Assembly (NCBI RefSeq): GCF_009914755.1
Contig: NC_060926.1
Strand: one strand, 5' to 3'
From: the human T2T-CHM13v2.0 reference genome, Homo sapiens
Length of the DNA stretch: 64,000 nucleotides
Positions 57,734 through 64,000 of this stretch are shown here, piece by piece. Each line of letters opens with the position of its first letter. Position 1 is the first letter of the stretch. The notes below the pieces were generated by a model that saw only the letters and a program-made list of their open reading frames with translations, ran no database searches and was not told the DNA's origin. A program made the position numbers and the translations under genes.

Positions 57734-58006
57734 TTATTATCAGGCATAAAATTTGCTTATTTTTTACAACTCCTCAAACAGGAATATTGCCTCATCTTCT
57801 GCAGAAGATGAGTTGCAATCTATCCATCTGACAAAGGTCTAATATCCAGAATCTACAAACAACTTAAACAAATTTACAAGGAAAAAACAACCCCATCAAA
57901 AAGTGAGTGAAGGATATGAACAGAAACTTATTACCAGGCTTGAGATGTGCTTAATTTTTACAACTCCTGAAGTAGGAATACTGACTCATCTTCTGCAGAA
58001 GGCGAG
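57734..58006 (+). repeat. 79-bp direct duplication (57734-57812 / 57928-58006) flanking the L1 fragment
   Basis: Ungapped alignment with 13 mismatches. Confidence 0.9.
57813..57927 (+). mobile_element. Isolated internal L1 ORF2 fragment (~115 bp), no 3' UTR or poly-A
   Basis: ttgcaatctatccatctgacaaaggtctaatatccagaatctac...ggatatgaacaga, homologous to ~55648-55757. Confidence 0.9.
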
Positions 58007-58244
58007 AGTAAAGTTCATGTTTGACTGATGGAGAGCTAGAACCTGGGCCTATCATTTCTGGTTTCTTGGTTTTTCCATTTAAGACAACAGCTTCCCTGAA
58101 GGTTTGAAGTCTTAGGTTTTGAGTAGGTAACTATAGGACTTCCAACTGTATCCCACTTTATCCTCTGAGTGATTGGTCCAAAAGAAAACAAGGAATCTAC
58201 TTACTGTCAGCAGGATATACAGAAAACAGCATAGGAATTCACAT

Positions 58245-58450
58245 ACCAGTGGCTTTAATTATGGCTAGTTGTGTGACTGTGGGCATACGACCTTGCTAAG
58301 CTTTCATTTCCCTATTTGTATAGTGGAAATGATAAAATGATAAACAGTATCTCAAATTTAATTTGAATATTCAATAAGGAAGTATACATAAGGTATTTAA
58401 AATAGTATTTGGCACACAGTGGGTACCCATCTATGTGCTAGTTCTTGTTA
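58245..58450 (+). mobile_element. MIR element
   Basis: ctagttgtgtgactgtgggca...tttccctatttgtatagtggaaatgata...tttggcacacagt. Confidence 0.7.
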
Positions 58451-60438
58451 CCATATTAATGGCTACTAATAGTTTTCTCTTGGCTAGACAATGGCATTTG
58501 TCCTATTCTCTTCTTTTTTTCTTTAAACAAAAGAATGTGGTGACTGGAGAGAAGGCACTAGAGGTGGGACGGAGTTAAAGACTATAATGAATCTTGCAGA
58601 ATCTCTCTTGCACCCAGTAAAAGGTGCCTAATTTCTGTGTAAAGGGCTCACGATGGAAATCAGGTTAAAACAAGGAACTTAATCTTAAAGCCGCGCTTGC
58701 CTATGTCTGTTAAATCCTTTATTTTTTCTTAGACAGTGTTCCAGTGGGAGTTGGGGTGGCTGATGGAGACAGATGGGGAGGTGAAAGCCCCTCCCAAAGT
58801 TGCCTTTTGGTGACACCACAACTTAAGCATCACACTTTACCTTGGCCTCACTTGGATAAACAGATTCCTCTGGTGTAATTTTGTGAGCTGCCAGACACAG
58901 ACAAGTATGTTTATCACTTGAATGGCAAGCTTCAGCGTTAGAGTTGCTCTATTTATACACTGCTTTGCAGACAATCCTGATGCTTTTACATAATTGGTGA
59001 GCTCCACTAGCTTAGCAGGCAAGTAAATAAGATGGTAAACAATACTCTTTTTTCTGCACAGGCTTGTGATGAATTCTCAAGCCAGCTTTGCTTGCAATTA
59101 GTCTGGATAACTTACATATTTTACATTACATGAGATGACAGTTGGTTTTATTGCTTTTCCCCTAAAAGTCGGGCCTTGCTGTGACAGCTACTTCACAAGC
59201 ACAGGGGAGCCTGCTGGGCAATGGGAAGGGCAAAGGATGGCAAATTGGTCTGGTTCCATTATTGCAATGTAATTACTCAAACTTAGCCTTGCTGGATTTG
59301 TGCAACTTCTCTGTAATTACATAATGATCCAAGGCTCAAGAGAGGCTGGAGGTTTGGATGCATTGCATGGCATGTATATTCATTGTGCTGCAAACTTCCA
59401 TGACTTCTAGGGTAGGCATTGTGGTCCGTAAGAAATTATAATGAAGGCTTGGAAATGTATAGACTGCATGCAGGAATCATGCATCTGCCAAGGCACAGGG
59501 AAAGTCTAGAATGCCAAGGCACTTGAGAATAATCTGGTTTCTGTACACAGATCTTGCCTCTAAATCCTTGCTCTACAAAGGAGTCAACTACAGTCACTCA
59601 GGATTCTGGAAAGGGTCTAGATTCTTCCACCTTGCTTCCCTCCACTCTAGAGGCAGAAGAGAAGAGCCAACAGTGTAGGTATTAAGACAGGCTTACATTT
59701 TGTTTCCTTCAGAGATGAAGTGGAAGCATCTTTGACTAATGTGTACACACTTGAATGTCCATAAGAGAAGCAAATGCAGGCATCCAACTGCTAATGAATG
59801 ATCTAAAAGATTACTTGGTAGCTTTTAGTATAATCCTGAAATTAGTTAATGGAAGTGCCACTAATGAGCATCTATTAATAGAAGGCAAGTGTAGTAACAC
59901 TGCTAATGTAATGGCCTGGAGCTATAATAAAACATGTGAACAAAACACATCTAATACTGTTCTATGTTAAAATAGCTCTCTTGAAAAACACAGAGCTAGA
60001 AAATGATCACAACTAAGAGACATTTTAACAACAGGGACATTACTTGATGGGACTCACCATCAAGTTTTAAATGGGGTAGTGGACAGTAATACTTCCAGAC
60101 CCTCTTTCCCCAGGGGATTTTCTTGATTATTCTGGCTGGGTATCAAAAGTTCTGATCTTTTCTTAGAACTCTTTATATAACAAGGAACTAATATTTAAAA
60201 TTCAACATTTAAGTTTGTACTTCTTTATGGTTCTTTGTTTTGTGGGTTAATATAGTCTCCACAGCAAAATTATTTCCAACCTGAAAACAGGGGACCTATC
60301 TGTAATAGAATATCTTCCCTACTGTTTTTCTTTCTCACCACTCCAGCTTGAGATTGAATGAGTACCACACTCTGTGATCTCACAGAGTGTTCTGTTTTCC
60401 TTTCTTTATACCCTAGTCATAGCATATGCAAATAACCA

Positions 60439-60760
60439 CATCCTTTGCAGGGACACGGGATAGCTGGAGGCCATTATCCTTAGCAAACTGACACAGGAAC
60501 CGAAAACCAAATACGACGTGTTCTGACTTACAAGTGGGAGCTAAATGATGAGAACACATGAACACAGAGGGAAACAACACATACTGGGGTCTTTTGGAGG
60601 GTGGGAAGAGGGAGAGCATCAGGAAAAAAATTGATACTAGGCTTAATACCTAGGTGATGAAATAATCTGTACAACAAACCCCCATGACACAAGTTTATCT
60701 ATGTAACAAACCTGCATTTGTACCCCTAAACTTAAAAGTTTAATAATAATAATAATAAAT
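60439..60760 (+). mobile_element. Short L1 3' end (old L1PA/L1PB type) with (TAA)n tail
   Basis: cctttgcagggaca...aggcttaatacctaggtgatgaaataatctgtacaacaaacccccatgacac. Confidence 0.88.
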
Positions 60761-61701
60761 CTCCTTGATGAGGTTCTTTGGAATTAGGGGTTCTGCCTTT
60801 TTGTCTCTAGTCATATGCCCAGGACTAAGGCACTGAACAATGACAGCACGGTGCTATATATGACCAACAAGTTAGTTGTGTTGTTTAGATTCAGTTTGTT
60901 CCTGTATCTTAGGAGAAACTCAGAGAATAATGAGCTACTCCCTGTCTTCAAAGGGCTTCAAGTCTAGAAATGGTTATTACCCATGTTTTACATACGTAAA
61001 ATTCAGATCATGCTGATGAATGAATACCCACAAGTGGAAATGTAATGAGAATATTCATAACGTGGGCTTAAATTTACTTTTCTCTTTTCTAATGCAATTA
61101 TTTATTTAATTAAAAAACCATTTGTCTTGAGGACTGCCTTTCATCAGTGCAAGTGTTGACAAATTCCTGTTCACTGCTATGGAATACAGAATGATGAAAG
61201 TCAGTCATCCCATATATTTTCATTGCAGTGTAAAGGTTACCCAAGCTTTGACATCATATACATAATATTTTTCCCTGCCTGCAGCAGACATTAGCTGTAA
61301 GTATGCCTATGCAAAGATCACATACACACCACAAGAATCAAATATGCTTATGTAAGAATTCTTATACTTAAAGCAGTATAGATAGATTTAGTCTTCATGT
61401 TTATGGCTACATGATGTGGAAAAGGCTGCGGAAATGCTGCTGTCTACATTGGCATGACATGGGAATTAAAGCCAACTGGAGGCAGCTGCAGCTGTCTACG
61501 AAACAAATCTGGGGAATTCAACAGTAGAAGCCAACGGCTGCAGCCAAAATCCCACAGTGGAAAAAGCCCTGCTGTGGGACCTGGCATTGGCAGTCATGTG
61601 TTGGCATCACTGAACTTCATTTAATGAAAGACACCCAGGTCTTCACTGTGGGCCAACTCCATTATTGCCATATTCTAGTCCTCATTAAAGGTTTGGGTGG
61701 C

Positions 61702-61812
61702 AGGGAGCTTTTCTATGCAGATATCTGCTGCCATCTATGTTGAACGCAGAAATGGTAGGCGAGCCTCAAAGCAGTTTAAAATCCACCTGTTTTGATGCAT
61801 AAATAGTCAAGT
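61702..61812 (+). repeat. Dispersed direct duplicate, partner 63895-64000
   Basis: Shared atgcagatRtctgctgccatctatgtKgaaMgcagaaatRgtRgg and tgatgcaYaaataStcaagt. Confidence 0.8.
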
Positions 61813-62999
61813 AACTAGACTTGATCACCAATCCAAGGTGAGGTGTCAGGGGTGGAGGAGGGTGGAAAAAAGCTATTCCTATTGTTAGAGAAATTTGCAG
61901 AATGTTTTGATTATATGGAAGTTATTCACTTTACAGTTCCTTTTGCAAATTACATATTTTACTAAATTGTCTCCTTTTATTAACCATAAGAAAGGAAAAG
62001 CAAGCATAATCTTTTCATATACTCAAGCCATCATTATGGTTAATTTCATAATGGTTTACATGCAGTGCCAAAATGTTCACATGCTAGCAAATTATTTTTA
62101 TTTTATACATAATCTAATAACCATAACCATAAAGCTGAAATGATTTCTAGCTTTCATTTTGACCATGTCCCTAAAAGCTGTTTACCTGGCTGCTGATCAC
62201 ATGTAAACTGAATTGGTTCCTTAACAAAGGGATGAAAATTGAGTGGAAAAGGTATCAATTAGAGAAACTGAATGGCTCATGACCCTACTAAGTTGCAAGA
62301 ATACTATTTTCACAATTGTAATAATAAAAAATAAAAAAATGAAAATGCCACTGTTCAACAGAAATATATTTTCCTATAAATAAATATATTTGTAATTACA
62401 GATACCAATCACAACTTGGGCATTAATTAAACAGAGAAAACACTTAAAAAAAATCTGTTGTTAGAGAATCTCCTTAATTTTTTTCAAAGCTGAATAGAAC
62501 TTGTCCTTGCATTAAACTCTCTTCTGTGTTATCTGTGCAGCTGCAAAACTTTATTCATTCAGTCAGTCAAAAGTTGATATTGTTTGCAAGACTCTCCAAT
62601 GGCAAATCTCCTAAATAAGTCCTTACAGCTCTTCATATTTTCACAACACCACATCAGTGTCATTAATGTGCATCATCTCCACGTTCCATCCTTTCCTGGA
62701 AAGGTTCATTATGATCCTCCAAACATAACCTAACAGCTATACTTTTCTAGAGTGCTTCTGGAACTAGCCAGGCAAAATTCGTGTGCTGTATCTTATATCT
62801 TACTTTTTGCCTTCCTGTATTGTGTGCTTGGTTCTTTAAAAAACAGTTATGCACATGTAAAAAAAGTATTAGGCAAAAGTATGCAGGTTAAAGATATGTA
62901 CACCTAAGTCTAGTTACTGATGATTATAGCAATAGCAAAAGCTAAATAAGTTCATATCTTTTTTGATGGAATCACATATCTTTTATGTTGTTATTGTTC

Positions 63000-63170
63000 T
63001 ATGAAAAATCTTAGAGATCAACTAAACCAAAACTCTTATTATTCAAATTTGAAACTGTAGTCCAGAAAGAAGAACTGATTGGTTACAAGTTCCAGAGCTG
63101 GCATCATCAGAGCTAGGGCTGCAATCCATCTCTAGATCCCCACTTGGGAGCTTTTTCTTAGGCTCCACGC
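63000..63170 (-). mobile_element. MIR-like fragment
   Basis: cttagagatcaactaaaccaaaactcttattatt...gaaactgtagtccagaaag. Confidence 0.45.
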
Positions 63171-64000
63171 TGAAAGACAAGCCATCCTATGATAAGTACT
63201 GAATTATAGGAAGGTCTCGCTAGTCCAGAAACATTACAGGTTACTCTAAAGATTCTAGTTTTGCTAGATGTGTCTTGTCTTCCCCTACTTTTGTTTATAG
63301 AAATCCTTGGCTCCAAATAAAGCCTGTGACACATAAGCTTCTTGCTGTTATCACTTTTTTCATCCCTTTAACACTTCCTGGAATGCTGTTACCTTCACTA
63401 CCTCATTCTAATTCCATCAGTGCTTCTTTATAAGCAGCCCACAGGATGGCTTTCATTATAACAGCCACACATTGCACCTTGGCTCAAGTGAGAAATGCTG
63501 CTTAGATCCACAAGGTAAAACAAAATAAACAGTTGCCTTCACCTGTTTCACAATCTTCATTCTACATCAACTCTTAATCACTATAAAGGATACACATGAT
63601 AGGCGTGTGCAAATTAGAAATGGTTCAAAGAATAAAAATGCTACTATGTGATCAGTTTTTCTTTAAAATTATAATTAATTATCATTTAGAATTAATGAAC
63701 ATATATGGATATTCATGTAAAATTTAATGCAAAATGTTGTAAGCAAATCCAGTTCTGCTCTATACCATATTTACTTACAGCTTACAAGAACAAAAAATAA
63801 ATGTACTTTCATAAACAGATTACTATGATGGTTCTGTTCACTCTACATTTAAAACAGCCACTTTGTCATTTTTTGAAAACTTGCCTCATATGGGAGGGAG
63901 TTCTCCACATGCAGATGTCTGCTGCCATCTATGTGGAAAGCAGAAATAGTGGGTGTGGTTTGAAACAAGTCTCTTTTGTGTGATGCACAAATACTCAAGT

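Noticed and set aside
57040-59400. Homeobox/CCAAT-rich unique segments as enhancers (also ~30.0-30.6 kb and ~37.6 kb)
   Set aside because: Short AT-rich motifs are expected by chance; conservation or chromatin data are needed.

Overview
Human genomic DNA: it carries a human-specific AluYb8 and human NCX1 peptide sequence. The window covers part of SLC8A1 (Na+/Ca2+ exchanger NCX1) on the minus strand. All six exons of the alternatively spliced CBD2 cassette are present with canonical AG/GT boundaries: mutually exclusive A (107 nt) and B (104 nt), then cassette exons C (21), D (18), E (15) and F (69). Everything right of ~11.5 kb is the 3' part of the very long upstream intron, populated by Alu, L1, L2, MIR and DNA-transposon fossils. 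I see no new gene, RNA gene or CRISPR-like system. The most unusual unexplained structure is a recurrent set of short, locally templated duplications of sequence I do not recognise as repeat: (1) a perfect 74-bp inverted repeat 2.3 kb apart in the E-F intron; (2) a composite made of an inverted 123-bp copy plus a direct ~100-bp copy at 33-35 kb; (3) a 79-bp duplication flanking a captured tail-less L1 fragment at a perfect 22-bp palindrome; (4) a ~110-bp dispersed duplicate at 61.7/63.9 kb; (5) a 3x50-bp tandem array. There is also a young AluYb8 with decayed target-site duplications, suggesting gene conversion of an older Alu. Splicing-regulatory architecture around exons A and B is readable from the sequence. 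Repeat subfamily calls are by eye.
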